Origin: Tubiluchus corallicola
Lineage: Eukaryota > Animalia > Priapulida
Direction of reading: 5' to 3'
Length of the DNA stretch: 31,869 nucleotides
Assembly: GCA_030141605.1 (NCBI GenBank)
Contig: JAQGDQ010000798.1
Location: 1 to 31,869, forward strand
Position numbers and translations under genes: made by a program. Below are positions 11,713-25,029 of this stretch, one piece after another (within the stretch, counting starts at the first letter, position 1; the number at the start of each line of letters is the position of its first letter). Under the pieces are notes generated by a model. The model was not told the DNA's origin. It saw only the letters and a program-made list of their open reading frames with translations, and made no database searches.

Positions 11713-13162
11713 AGTCACTCGTCAAAAACCTACGATGCTCAGCCTCTAAACTTGTCAAGAGAAAGAGCTTAGAAGTTAATTACCATACACCTACTGACTG
11801 AGTCTCTTTGCAATACACACAATATAAATTGACCGATAGCGACCACGGTAAATTTGAACCAGAGTCATCTCGATAAAGCAGTGTCATCAATAGCCGTAAT
11901 TACCCAGCTAACAGCAAACATCGGACGCTGTAGAAATATCCTTAGACTGAACAACTTACTCTGAACTATTTCTCCTAGTAAGACTTACTGCAAAAGTGCA
12001 TCACGTGCATGCTTAAGAACATAATAGCTGAATTGCCAAATTTCCTGAGACGCTCCTTTATAGGCTTGCAGACAGACAGAGTTCATCAATAAAGTTTGTT
12101 GACAGCTCAAACATTGTTATTGCTTGAATATAATAACTGCTTGCTAAGGTCCAGCGAATAGTTTAATCACCATGACTATATAGAAAACATGAGTTGAGAT
12201 TGATTACTTACTGAGAGTAGAAGCTTTTCAAACTGAGACTCAATTAAATGAAACTGGAGCCGAAACGGAACAGAATGAAACGGGACAACGCGGAATGGAA
12301 CAGTAGTGAATGGTAAGGAGAAAGGGGGAGAAAACGAAAAGGAATAGAAAGGAGGGGAAAGGAGGAAAGGAGTTAACAAGAATAAAGTAAGGAAACTTTA
12401 ATAATTCAAACAAATTGGGCACTTTTGTAAGATTCAGAAAAAGTCGATTCGGCAATTTGTTAATTTTTCACTCTCGGGACCGCCCGATGAGAGCTCGACT
12501 AAATAGACTGGTACGAACACAAAAATTGGCTATTGAAATTGGAAATATAGATTGGCTAGAATGTCCATTAAAAAGGTTGAACAAAAGCTTTCCGCATACA
12601 GAGATTTTTAAAATCCGTTTCCACGGAAGACGGAAACTAACCCTAATATTACCATCATTATTGCCAGCACTGGTACCGCCGCTGCTGCTACAGTCGCGAC
12701 CACCACCACCACTACTACCACCATCACCGTCACCACCCCCACCATCGTTATTTGTATCGTAGTGACATCGTCCACTATGTGGCGCTACAACGACAATAAA
12801 ATAAGATGCATTAATGCGGTCTAGAGATGCATAAGTGCACTCGACTCTCTGAAATTTTTGTTTACTTCTCGTAAAGTTTCTTCAACAGTTTTTGGCACGT
12901 TTGACAAGGCAAAGCGACTTTGAATTGAGTAGACTTTGTAACAAGTTTTAACTGCCCACTTTTTTATAAAGTCACCTTGTGTTGAGCTAATAAACTTTTT
13001 AAATCCTTTGATATGCAGACAAGAGTATTCGTAATGCGACATAGTAGCCCCAACAACGTTACAACAATTTAAAACATTTGGATTGAAATAGCAACGATCA
13101 AAAATATTTTGGCCATATTAGAGAAATAAACGAACTAAAGTTACTGAACTATTTCTTTAAAG

Positions 13163-13349
13163 TTCAAGGACTTTCGCAGTAGATCTTAGTAATGATGCTA
13201 GCGGCAACGACGGTTTGGGTCCCCCAATTGGACTGATTTTCATTGATGGTGATTACAAGTATAAATGGTTGAATGGCACAACTATACGATTACCGAGAGC
13301 ATGGACTGACTGGCAAGCTTACGAATTTGAACCAAGTCTCAATGAAAAG
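13163..13349 (+). other. Candidate isolated exon of a C-type lectin-like domain
   Basis: After tttctttaaag it reads SRTFAVDLSNDASGNDGLGPPIGLIFIDGDYKYKWLNGTTIRLPRAWTDWQAYEFEPSLNEK, resembling the CTLD WIGL...W-x-D/NG-T...W...EP segment. Donor is weak (AG|GTTCAA). Confidence 0.4.
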
Positions 13350-13373
13350 GTTCAAACTTTTTTGGAATAATAA

Positions 13374-13603
13374 CCCAGACACATTTATAAATTGGACTGA
13401 CAATATATATATATATATATATATAGGAATGTATTTGATTCAGTAATTGATTTAGAGTGTTTGGCACCTGTGAATTAGCTGGGTTAACTTTTTTTGGCAT
13501 GTGCCCAGACACATTTGCACTGAACTGGACTGATAATATGTATATGGGAATGTATTTGATTCAATAATTTATTGTTTGGCACCTGCGAATTAGCTGGGTT
13601 AAC
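13374..13603. repeat. Two diverged direct repeats, period ~115-130 bp
   Basis: cccagacacattt...tggactga...ggaatgtatttgattca...gtttggcacctgYgaattagctgggttaact at ~13374-13488 and ~13504-13603. Confidence 0.85.
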
Positions 13604-13880
13604 TAAAACCCAGAACTTCTGTTTTCTTGGAATATAGCGGCCCCCACACCTTACAGAAGTAATACAGAATGACGAGTAATTAACTTAAATAGATAGTTAT
13701 TGACCATGCAGCACATACATTACACACACGCATGCGTTAATGACTAAAGATTTTTTCATTTTATTTAAATATCTGTGCTTGAGAGGCTAAGCATAATGCA
13801 GAATTGACATCAAATAATCAGTAGAGGTTAATCTAAAGTGTGATGAACTGTGCAGAAGTTTCCATATTAAGGAATGTTTA

Positions 13881-13992
13881 TTCTTTATTTGCCATTAAAA
13901 TACATTGATAATCACTGATAAAAACTTTACAGAGATGATCAATCAGTGTTAGTTAATAAAAACTTACACTGCTAAAGGCAAATGCGTCAGTG
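13881..13992 (-). repeat. Dispersed repeat fragment, inverted copy of 216-326
   Basis: Reverse-complement similarity to 216-326. Confidence 0.8.
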
Positions 13993-14616
13993 GAATATTT
14001 TACAGTTAACATAATTAAATTCATCTTTTCCAAATAATAACAACTTCTACAGATCATTAGTTCCTAAGGCAGTTATATTGAGGCTTTCAGGCAGGAGTAT
14101 TTCATTTAGTTTATCAAACATTTAGTTTAGCAAACATTACAACCCTAATCTGTTGATACAATGGACAGTGCAAGAAAAAGTGTTTGATTGAAGCGAAAAA
14201 CCAAAAAAATGGATTTTTTTAAAATTATTTTAAATGTTTTCCGAGAAATGTAAGTTTAAAAATGCTTTCGTAAAGTGCTAGACATTATTTAGAGGTCATT
14301 CGCTTAGAAATAGAGCTGCTTTTCTTTAGTTGTTACAGATGAGCAAACATGGCTTTCACGACGAACAGTTTTTGAGAAAATGATTTATTAAAAAAAGAAA
14401 ACTGTGGCTTGCAATTGGTGCCAGAAAAGTTTCCTCAAAATATCTAAACTTTGCAAAGTTTTTAAAAATACGAACACTAAAAATGTTTATTTAGGAAAGC
14501 TGTCATATTTAAGGCTGGTGGATACCCTGTAGTTCTCACGCTGCTAAAACTGCTTTGGAATGCGCTGAACCACTTCAAATGAGGAGATTATTCTAATCTT
14601 ACTTTGTTCGGGGGCG

Positions 14617-15350
14617 CTACCTGTGGTTCAGGTAAACACTTCACAAGGCTTATAATTGAGCTGCTTCCTTGTGTGCAGAGAGCATGCCTCAAGTGGTCAA
14701 AAGTGGTGGTCATTATCGTTGCTTTTTCAGAACTGTTGAAGATTAAAATCTTTCTTTGTGTAAGGGGATACAACCTGCCGCTCAGGTAAATACTTAACAA
14801 GGTCTATAATTACGCTGCTTCCTTGTGTGCAGAGAGCATGCCTCAAGTGGTCAAAAGTGGCGGTCATTATTGGTGCTTTTTCAGAATTGTTGAAGACTAT
14901 TAAAATCTTTCTTTGTGTAAGGGGATACAACCTGCCGCTCAGGTAAATACTTAACAAGGTCTATAATTACGCTGCTTCCTTGTGTGCAGAGAGCATGCCT
15001 CAAGTGGTCAAAAGTGGCGGTCATTATTGGTGCTTTTTCAGAATTGTTGAAGACTATTAAAATCTTTCTTTGTGTAAGGGGATACAACCTGCCGCTCAGG
15101 TAAATACTTAACAAGGTCTATAATTACGCTGCTTCCTTGTGTGCAGAGAGCATGCCTCAAGTGGTCAAAAGTGGTGGTCATTATTTTCAGCAGTTTTTTA
15201 ACAAAACTGAACTCAGGCGAGATTGTTGAAGATTATAATCTTTCTTTGTGTGCAGGGCATGAACCGCGCACTCAACTCAAACACGTCACAGGATTTGTAA
15301 AGTCATTATAAGCTGCTCTTTGAGTGGGGAGAGCACCACAGGTGGTCAGT
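14617..15350. repeat. 154-157-bp tandem repeat, ~4.5 copies
   Basis: ctgcttccttgtgtgcagagagcatgcctc recurs at 14661, 14815, 14972 and 15129; a degenerate copy lies near 15313. Confidence 0.95.
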
Positions 15351-16873
15351 AATTTGGCCTTTTGTGTTATTTTAAGTTCTTTTCTAAGCATCGCAGCTTT
15401 GAGAGGCAATGATGAAGTAAACTGACCATACGCATCACTTCCTGTCAAGATTTTGAAAACATTAATGAAAACTTAAGTACATACTAGTCTTTAATGACGA
15501 GTAGCTTTCGTGGAATGAAAGTAAAGATTGCAATATTCTATCAAAAAGGGAGTACTGCTGATGTGCTTGACGTGCGCAAAATGAAAATGTAAAGTCTAAC
15601 ATTGACTTCATATTTGATTTCATAAATGACTCAGTTTAATCGGTGAACTTAAATTACAAACAAAATTTTAGATAAGTTTGCAAATTAGTAAAGCATGACA
15701 CTGTCATACTGACAAAATCCTTTATAACATTCTCTAAATTGACTTTAAACAGACTAATTAATTAAGCGTAGTTATTGCTAAATAATTATACGCAATATAT
15801 AAATATACATATATGAAAAAAGACGTTCTGGCACCGCACTGTATATAAGTTGTTTGAGACCTCAAGCATTTTGACAATTCTTCTTATCCATTAATTATGT
15901 TTACTGTTTAATTCTGACATACACACTTCATCTTCACTTCCTGTGTCCCCTTAAATTTCATATTCATCAGCTTCAAGCTTAAATACATGTACAGCAAAAG
16001 TGGCCGCCATATTTTTAAATGAAGAATGCCCACAACTGTGAAATTTCCTCAATAGATCGTTAGAAAAATCACTTTGCAGAGCTATAGGCTGCAGCTGCAT
16101 GTTTGCAGCGCTTTTCAGTCATCAAAGTAGAAAATATGATGTTGCCAGAATGTAAAACGCTGCAATGTAAAATTTTGCCTACATAAAAAGACCAAACCGG
16201 GTAATAAGTTGCCCCACATCAGGTTAACCCATATTTGGCACTCGTACTTTGTAAGAAAAGTCTGAGGAATAGTTTTTAACAAAGTCGAGATATGATGGCA
16301 TAAATTGAAAAATATTTAATCACCACTATACTTTCGTCGTCTTCATCAATATAAAAAAACTGAGCAAAAATTGCTGAGGGAATTTTTAACCCAACTTGGT
16401 CGTCTAAGGGTTAAAGTATTAGTTAGGTGAAGCTTCCGTAATATAATTATGTAGTACTGTGTAACTTTTGCCCCTGCAATTAGAGGGTCTCGTTTGAAAT
16501 AAATTTCTAGATAAAGATATAGTAATAACAATGTAATCTAATTCTTTTAATGATTAGAAACAGGAGATGACAGTACAGGGAGTTTTTTAAATTTTTGAAT
16601 GGTGGTGAAACACGACTAACCCTAAAGTAGGCACTGATAATGTTTACATTTCGCTGCACGAATCGGTCATGCGATTCTGAAAAACTAATCCGTGTTTACA
16701 TTAAACCGCTAAACGTTTTCGTTTTGGCTGCATTGTAAACATGTTATTAGTTGAAATGTCATTATGTCCGTTGACGCCACAAACATTTTAAAACGATTTT
16801 TAATTTACCCATTCACTGTTGTTATGGTGCTTCACAACAAGCAAGAAAAGTATCACCCACGCTGCTCTTTTTA

Positions 16874-17408
16874 ATGTTACTACTTTTGGTAGTTATTTTC
16901 GTGCTGTATAAATGTGAAAACAGTCATTTAGAGATTCAGATTTGCTTTAAAAATTGCTCCTCTCTTACAAATAGTTTAATGCACAAATCATCAGATGAAA
17001 TTTTGCTATTTGTTGGAATTATGAGTTATTCGATGCGAGTGGACAGACGAAATGCCGTTCGATCAACATGGTTGAAGTGGTGCAAAGGCCTAAACAACTC
17101 GGTTTGCTTGTTTTTTGTTTCAATCCAAGATACGTATGAGAACAAATATAACTATTCATTGCTGCAACCTCTGCTTGAAGAGAAAAAATTACACAGTGAC
17201 TTGATACTAGCAGAGACACCTGATGGTATGAATTTTGGGAAACGGATGACTTGGATGATGAATTGGGCTTCGGAAAGATATAATTTCAAGTACTTCTTAC
17301 GACTAGATGACGATGTTTTTCTTTGCATAAGAAAAGTAGGAGACGAACTTGCTCATTTTAAATTCAGAAAAGTTAATTGGGGCTTCAGACTCTGTGAAAA
17401 AAAGGAAG
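16874..17408 (+). CDS. GT31 family beta-1,3-glycosyltransferase-like (Galactosyl_T), exon 1
   Basis: N-terminal signal anchor LLLLVVIFVLY; motifs LFVGIMS, RRNAVRSTW, EE...DLIL, K...MNWA, FKYFLRLDDDVF (DxD). Donor G|GTTAGT at 17408/17409. The true start may be upstream. Confidence 0.88.
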
Positions 17409-18095
17409 GTTAGTAAAGTCAATTTTAATTCTTGTAGCTGATTAGTAGCCTATTGGCGACCCCCTCATATAAGCCGAAAAAAGAGGTTTTTGTTTCTTAA
17501 CCTTCTTGGATATCCACAAAAGTGCTGATATTGAAATGATCCATACCCATAAGTCAAACAGCTGCATTTCCAAAGACCCCTTACCAACCTATTGAATAAA
17601 TCTAACTGAAGGGTCAAAAAGGTTTTACAGACTTTTGAATATTCATAATTATAGCAGATGACGCCGTAGAAACAAAATAATTCATTTGTCTAGAATACTC
17701 ATGCTTTTATGTTGCGTGACTAGTTTGTTTTCAATGTGGTGGTGTCAAAATACGGATGAAATGTAAAAACATGTAAGCAGATTCAAAAAGTCGCCTTTGT
17801 GTTTGTGAAATGGCAATCGTGGGCATGTGTTCACAGAGCACCCAGCTATACGTGTAAAGACTTGTTTGTGTTGGCGGATCCAGGCAACGAGTATCCTAGG
17901 GTAAATAGAACCAGAGCCGAGCTGGAGGGAAATTCTCGACATAAGTGTTTCTTTTTCAATGATCCGTTTATACATAGTAGGTGGTACAAATGCAAAGCGT
18001 CCAGATTCATCAGTTATAATCGGTTTATTATAAGTGGGGTACAATGATGTAGTGTGACAAGACGAAATATCGTGACTTGCAGAAGAGCTGACGGT

Positions 18096-18165
18096 AGTAT
18101 TTGCAGTTTAATTCGTACAGGTGATTGACAATTCTTAGTAAATGTTCTTTTTCAACAAGTTCTGA
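18096..18165 (+). repeat. ~70-bp dispersed direct repeat, second copy at ~20160-20227
   Basis: atttgcagtKtaattcgtacagRtgattgacaattcttagtaaatgtt occurs at both sites. Confidence 0.8.
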
Positions 18166-18261
18166 TGGATTCGTTTTCTAATGTTTTCTAAATTAGCACA
18201 TTTTCCCAGTTAAGTTAATTTAAAATTCACTTTTAATTGAGAAAATCTTCATTCATTATAG

Positions 18262-18746
18262 GTAAAAGGCAGATGGAGGAGTTTTTCTTCCTCGTATCAG
18301 CAGATATAGTGCAAGAAATTTTAATTAAACTTCACGCTAGAAATCTAAAGTGTGATCTAACTGGGAGTATATCAGCAGCAATATGGCTTCATCATATGGA
18401 TAATATTACATACCTGGACGACAACGAAAGATTAGCTATTTTGTTTGAAAGCCATTTGAAATATCGAGGTCCCACAATGTGTGACAAAATCCTTGCAGCC
18501 CATCGAATTTATCCACATGAGATGGTAAAGTTATGGAACTTAGTTAGTGAATCACCACAGCTCAAAAATTACACCAACAGTTTCTTCAGAAGTTGTCCTA
18601 TGGTAGAACATATATACTACAGCGACAAAAAATGGAAGTACTGCCACAACGAATCTTACTCAACTCTGCCATTTCATGAAGGATTTGAGAAAAGGTTTTA
18701 CCAAAACATTCACAACGAAACAAGAGGTAGAAACATACACATCTAA
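18262..18746 (+). CDS. GT31 family glycosyltransferase-like, exon 2
   Basis: Acceptor cattatag at 18261, phase 1 compatible. Reads GKRQMEEFFFLVSADIV...AIWL...DDNERL...CDKILAAHRIYPHEM..LW. The spliced CDS is 1020 nt (339 aa). Confidence 0.82.
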
Positions 18747-19019
18747 GCACTCAGTAGAAGTTTATAGAACATTTATTCTGTTTCTGCAGAGTAATTCATG
18801 GAGAGACAGAGATTTGCTTTACAAATTTCTCCTCTCTTGCCAAGTCTATAGGAGAAAACCAACAAAAGCAAAACTGTTTTCCTTGTTATTCCCCTTCTGT
18901 ACAATTATTAAACGGATCTAAAATGGATCTATTATTGAGAGATCTAATATTTGTGGTCTTAACCTCATAAAGATGGGCTTCAGTACTTAATTAATAGGTT
19001 AGAAGAATTGTACTAATTA

Positions 19020-19370
19020 AGAAAAAATAAGTTAAGAACCCACAGAACCTTCAAAACCCAATGTAAAATGGAAAACAAAATTCACTAAACTTAGAATAAG
19101 TTCTCATAAATTGCAAGAACGCAAAAAATTCCAGCAGAGAATCGAATATGTCAATTTTCTTTAAAGTCAGAATTAGAGGATAAACTTCATTTTGTATTAC
19201 ATTGTACTTTATATGACGACTTGAGAGCTAACTTATGTGAAAAACTGAAAAAGATTATACCGACTTTTGCTGTCACGGCTAAACAAGAGAAATTTAAGTC
19301 TTTAATGGATCAGAATGGCTCAGATGTTGTTAAAATAATAACCAACTTTGTATTTAATGCAATAATTTAC
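19020..19370 (+). mobile_element. Decayed non-LTR retrotransposon 3' end (CR1/L2-group-like C-terminal zinc-finger region)
   Basis: Fragments KNKLRT...FK, FTKLRISSHKL, RICQ, EDKLHFVLHCTLYDDLR match the LRxSSHxL...C..C...ED..HF.L.C..Y..LR motif. Confidence 0.7.
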
Positions 19371-19377
19371 ATAACAG

Positions 19378-19666
19378 TGTTGATATTTAAATTCCATGAA
19401 AGTATTGACATTTAAATTCCATGAAAGTATTTATACTTTAATTCCATGACAGCATTGATACTTCCGTGACGATGTTGATATTTAAATTTCATGACAATAT
19501 TGATACTTAAATTCCATGACAGTATTGATGTTTAAATTCTGTGACAATATTGATACTTAAATTCAATGACAGTATTGATGTTTAAATTCTATGGCAATAT
19601 TGATAAATAAATTCCATGACAGTATTGATGTTTTAATTCTGTGACAACATTGATATTTAAATTCCA
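19378..19666. repeat. 25-bp minisatellite (TTGATATTTAAATTCCATGACAGTA), ~11-12 copies
   Basis: Visible directly in the sequence. Confidence 0.93.
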
Positions 19667-21611
19667 CACTCGTGTTTCTGACGTGAAAATGCTGTAAATA
19701 GATTATTGAAAAACTAACACCTGTTCATTATTAACTTCTAAACTGTCCAATTACTCTAAATTAATGTTTCTTAATTAGGGAAACTGTTATCTGTTCTGTA
19801 GTAACGGTATGTTTTGTACCTGTCATATTTTTGCCATAATTTTTTGGTTAGTGCAATAAACTCATACTATTAAAAATGGATTTTTTATGAGCGTATTGTA
19901 CTGTACTGTGCGTATTGAAAATTACAAATAGAAGACAAAGATTCACTTATCATTGAAATTTAACAATTATTCTGATTAAAAAAATAAACGTATTTCCAGC
20001 AAAAGAATGATGCTCACACTTTCCGCTTTATTAAGGTAGAAGGATTGTCGAAATACAGATACAAATAGTCTAGACGGTCATTCATTGCAAACTGTATGCA
20101 AGCCCTGTAATACGTAGATCGCAGAGCGTCATTCAACCAGCAGGGGCCAACCATACAGTAGAATTTGCAGTGTAATTCGTACAGATGATTGACAATTCTT
20201 AGTAAATGTTGATTGCCAGCAAGTTCTAGAGCACATGAGCACTAGAATCATACAGTAATTTAAAGAACTGTTAAAATTTATCAAGTTTTCACGAGGTATT
20301 GTTTTTGGATTTTAAAATACTTTAATTTAAGTTTTCACCAGGGGCGTCGTGCACCAAAAAAATTAGGGGGGCCCGACTGTATATAATGGTGGAACTTAAC
20401 TGTTTAAAAAACGTATAATTTTGAATTCCCACTGTATTTTGCGTGCAAGAAAAACGATTTATTTATTCCCAACTGTCATTTAACTTAAAGCTATAGCAAC
20501 GAAAACTTAATTAAAATTAAAAATTAAATTAAAATTTAATTAAGTACTTATTAGCTGCCAGGAATCCAAAGGTTCGGCGAAAAGACGACTACCAAAACGT
20601 ATCAACCTTTAACTTAATATTTTTAATAATTACTAAACTTTTAATTCCGAGTCAAGATGATGTTGAACAAACAACAAACGTTATTTTTAAATGATTTCTT
20701 TTCACGCTAAAACACCGCTTCAAGTTAAAGACATTTGTTTCCGAGAGGACATGTGCGTTTATAATTTACACTTAGAGACTACATGACGCGGTCCAGACCT
20801 ATTGGTGACGTCATATTCCAATGTCAGAACATTTCGGAAAATGGCGTTATTTTTATAGTGCATACTTCTTTGTGCAAGCGAATCGAATCAGCTGCTTAGC
20901 AACACCGATGCGGACACATACGTGACAATACATTTCTTGTAACTTTTATTATGATATTTTACATTTTATTTAACAAGATTATTAAACAAATTGTTAAAAA
21001 CTTATTATTTAGATTGATTAGATTAATTAATAGATAGATCAATTTATCAACAGTAAGAAGCGTACATTGTTTGTGCGTGTGTCATTTATATGAGAATGTC
21101 ATTTATTCCAAAGAATAAAGGAAAACATTTTCTCTGGAGAGACTGTAAAGAGTGTAGATTTGATGTATAAATAATTTACAAAGACAGGTGACATAATCTA
21201 GGAGAGACAAAAGTATACTAGAAGGAAGATAAATTGCGAAGAAGATAAATTGACATGATTCCAACATTTTTAGCAATTTTAAGACTGATCATTTTGACGC
21301 GTGAATTCCAGTCGAGACGATATGCTCTTCCAAAATTATGTCTAAGACTTTATATATTTATATATAAATATAAATTATGACTTTATATATTATGACTTTG
21401 TATATTTTATTGTAAACTAAGAATAAAAGCATCTTCAAGATTTAGCACTGGTGAACACCACAATAATATTAACAGCTCGTTTCATGCGAGGTTTTTGCAC
21501 GTGACGCATTGTGTGCGATATGTAATAGCTATTCAATCAAGAATTTGTGACCCCCTTAAAGGGCAGAATATCTTTTCTGACAGGATGTTGGAAATGCCTG
21601 TAGATATCTAC

Positions 21612-22105
21612 TAATCAGGTGCTTGAGGTTGACAGTAGATGTCTTCTGACCCAATGCTTGTGGCTGCATTTCTCTATGCCTGTGATGCATCCTAACCAGG
21701 TGCTTGAGGTTGACAGTAGATGTCTTCTGACCCAATGCTTGTGGCTGCATTTCTCTATGCCTGTGATGCATCTTAACCAGGTGCTTGAGGTTGACAGTAG
21801 ATGTCTTCTGACCCAATGCTTGTGGCTGCATTTCTCTATGCCTGTGATGCATCCTAACCAGGTGCTTGAGGTTGACAGTAGATGTCTTCTGACCCAATGC
21901 TTGTGGCTGCATTTCTCTATGCCTGTGATGCATCTTAACCAGGTGCTTGAGGTTGACAGTAGATGTCTTCTGACCCAATGCTTGTGGCTGCATTTCTCTA
22001 TGCCTGTGATGCATCCTAACCAGGTGCTTGAGGTTGACAGTAGATGTCTTCTGACCCAATGCTTGTGGCTGCATTCTCTATGCCTGTGATGCATCCTAAC
22101 CAGTT
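21612..22105. repeat. 81-bp tandem repeat, 6 copies, with a degenerate flank to ~22240
   Basis: Near-identical units caggtgcttgaggttgacagtagatgtcttctgacccaatgcttgtggctgcatttctctatgcctgtgatgcatcYtaac. Confidence 0.97.
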
Positions 22106-25029
22106 GCTTAAGATCGTCAATTCTGATTAGGTGCTCAAAAGTGGCAATAGACATATTTTCCTCCCAGATGCTTGAGTTTGCCAATAGATGTCTTCTGTTC
22201 AGATACAAGATTTTTTTCAATAGATATTTTCTGACCAGATGTTTACCGGATTCTATATGAATCATGTTTCCGAAAATAAGTCCACATATCTAGCAAAATG
22301 TTCATCCATTACCATTTTCTGTACAAATCATTTATCACAAAAATTTACTAAACCTCTGTCTCCACTACTGGCTTTGAACCAATGCAGTTACGTTTACAGC
22401 AGTTTTCATTTTTATATACAAGGTCATAAAATGATCTTCATTAGAATGCGCCCGGCATTAGACTGTAATGAAAGTTCCAAAGGCACAATTACACAAGTTT
22501 GTTTCATTGGAATTGACTAAACGATAAAACTGCAATAAGATAAAACGTTCAAATAAAATGAATTTCAAATGAAAAACAGAGAAAAAATAAAAAATCAAAT
22601 CTAGATGTTGGATTAAATGAGACAAGTAAATGACGTACATCTAGGCGCCAACATCCAAAATTAAAAGACTGAATATAAAATAATTAGCGCTAAGCGTAAA
22701 AAAAGCAAACGCCTGATAATATAACGTGATTTATGGGTGGTAAATATATTTGTTAATTAATGAAATTATTAATCAACCTATGAAATCGAATGAAGAAAGA
22801 TTTTAAACAAACAACTACACTAAAAGAGAGATCTTGTTCTTGCTTTCATAGTGCCGTGCACAGGAAGAAAGGCCGGTTCGCCCTCTGTTAGGAGAAATGC
22901 AAATTCATTACGCTACATTCTACTGCCATCTACAGGCGAATATCGCATTCAGTCTCACCTGCCTCGGTCAGAATGATTCTAATTTATACAGCAACAAAAT
23001 TATAAAACTCATTTTCAAAATTGTGAAACAAACCGTAGGAAATTTATCCGTTTATAAGTTACCGTTGACGTAATTATACACATTTTCACATAATATAAAC
23101 AACATAATTTTGTTTAAGCCTTTTAAATTACATCTGCTATTTATATGAGCTAACTAAGTTTAATTTCTGTCAATACGTCAATTTATATGAATTTTCACAA
23201 TTGAGTAGTTTACATCAGTCAAATGAAATTAAATTTTAATGTACGTGCGTAAAGTAATATTAAAGCACTTGGACAGCAGTCTTTCAAAATTTACACATGA
23301 TGCAAAATTAAAAGAAAAACTGTTCTTCTAATTAAATGTAATTTGGTGCATAAACTTGGTACATCAATATGGTGCATAAATTAAGGCATAATTACTGGGC
23401 TAATTAATTGACAATATTGTTTTAAGCAAAATTACCTAGTCAATAAGTTCCGCAATAATAAAATGAAATAATTATGGTAACAACCACTAACACAGAACCC
23501 TAGAATATTCAGGAAAACTTTAATAGATCATAACAAACGAACCATCATGGAACTCGTGGATCTAAAAACATTTTAACCTAATTAAAGCCATTTAATTAAA
23601 AATAATTCTCTTGTTTTATGGAAAAATGAAAATAGCGACAAAAAAGACGATCAAAACGTGTCACATTTTTTTATTTTTCGGGAATTTTCAGTTTTCAGGT
23701 CGCAAAAAGTAGTTTACTAACACAAAAACGTTGAAAATTTACCACAAACTTTTCTATTCTTTTCGCAATTTTATGCGCAAGAATATTACAGACTTTTTAA
23801 GGCGGAGCAAAACTAAACTGCAGGTAAAATTACCATCCAGAACGTTTCGGCTGTGATTAACAAAGCGAACCTTTTACCGTGCAACATTTAGCGGCATAGA
23901 CTCCACTGCAAAGAGAATTGTGAAGTGTGTGATGCGACGTTTGAAAGTGCACTTGTGTAAAATTGTAAATGTCTTAGTGAAGTGGAAAACATTCTTTACC
24001 GTTGATCTTGAATGCAAAATGTGTGAATTTGTTCATAATGTGAAAAACGTGGTTTTTGTTTTTTCCGGTGCAAAGAAAATTACAGTAATTTTGATTTCTT
24101 GCTTATTAAATTGTGGCTGCGTTGCGTTTAATGTAATTCAATGCAAAACTTTATGTGCGCTGCTATATTTGTGGGTGACTTGCTTATTTTAATCCTCTAA
24201 TAGAAACAGTAATAATAACTTCAATTAATTCATTTTCATTTAGTTTATTTTGTATATTTTATTCCAATAAATTTGTTGGTTTTTTTTTGGTTTCACCGTG
24301 AACCACATTATTAATTATAATTATCCTTATTTTAATTATTAAAAAGACGTTTGCTATGACCAAAGTTAATATGTGTAATTATTGTAAAAATTTGTGGCTA
24401 TTATATTATGGTTCGGTAGTGGTACATAGGATTTTGATGTTTTGTATATATATATATATATACATAAGCTTACTTTCATTTTTATCAAAGATTGGTAAGG
24501 CATCTTTTCTGATGGTGGGCTGGCTTACCAGTTTTGTAAATTTCTTCTCGAAACGCCACGACTTTACAGTTTAATTCGGAAAACTAATTAGTAACCTCTA
24601 TTTAAATGTAAACTTGTCTCAACCAAATAAAGCTAAAGTAAACTTTAGATTAGCGTTGCTAATTAGCAATATTATTGTTAAAGATAAGACACTATTAAAG
24701 TGTTTAATTAAGAATTTCATGCAAAAATTATAGAGCAATAATTAACCTTCCCTACGATTATGGTTCATACTATTCTGGACACGCTTTTTTGTGAATGTTT
24801 CGCTGAAGTTTAAAATGTAAACGTCTAACTGATCAAAATGTCTAACTGACTTATTTTGAATCTACCTCAAATAAATAAAAACACCTCAGACTGTAAAATC
24901 ATTTTAGTATCAATATTTTACAATTAAAGCAAGTGACTTAATGACTAATTCCCCCAGCGAACTATTTTGTAATTTGCATGTAGGTTAGATAATAAGAACA
25001 CTTAAGAATAATAAAGCCAAATCCTTTAA

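Noticed and set aside
12176-12762. Purine-rich tract and Pro-rich ORF
   Set aside because: Low-complexity GA- and CCA-type sequence with no domain signature.
17745-18047. Overlapping ORFs within the GT31 intron
   Set aside because: No recognisable motifs; the flanking exons join in phase without them.
20337-20380. CAGGGGCGTC...GGGGGGCCC, a possible hAT-like terminus
   Set aside because: No partner inverted terminus or 8-bp TSD found.
21556-22265. 27-aa repeat ORFs resembling zinc-finger arrays
   Set aside because: No CxxC...HxxxH pattern; the ORFs are a by-product of an 81-bp tandem repeat.
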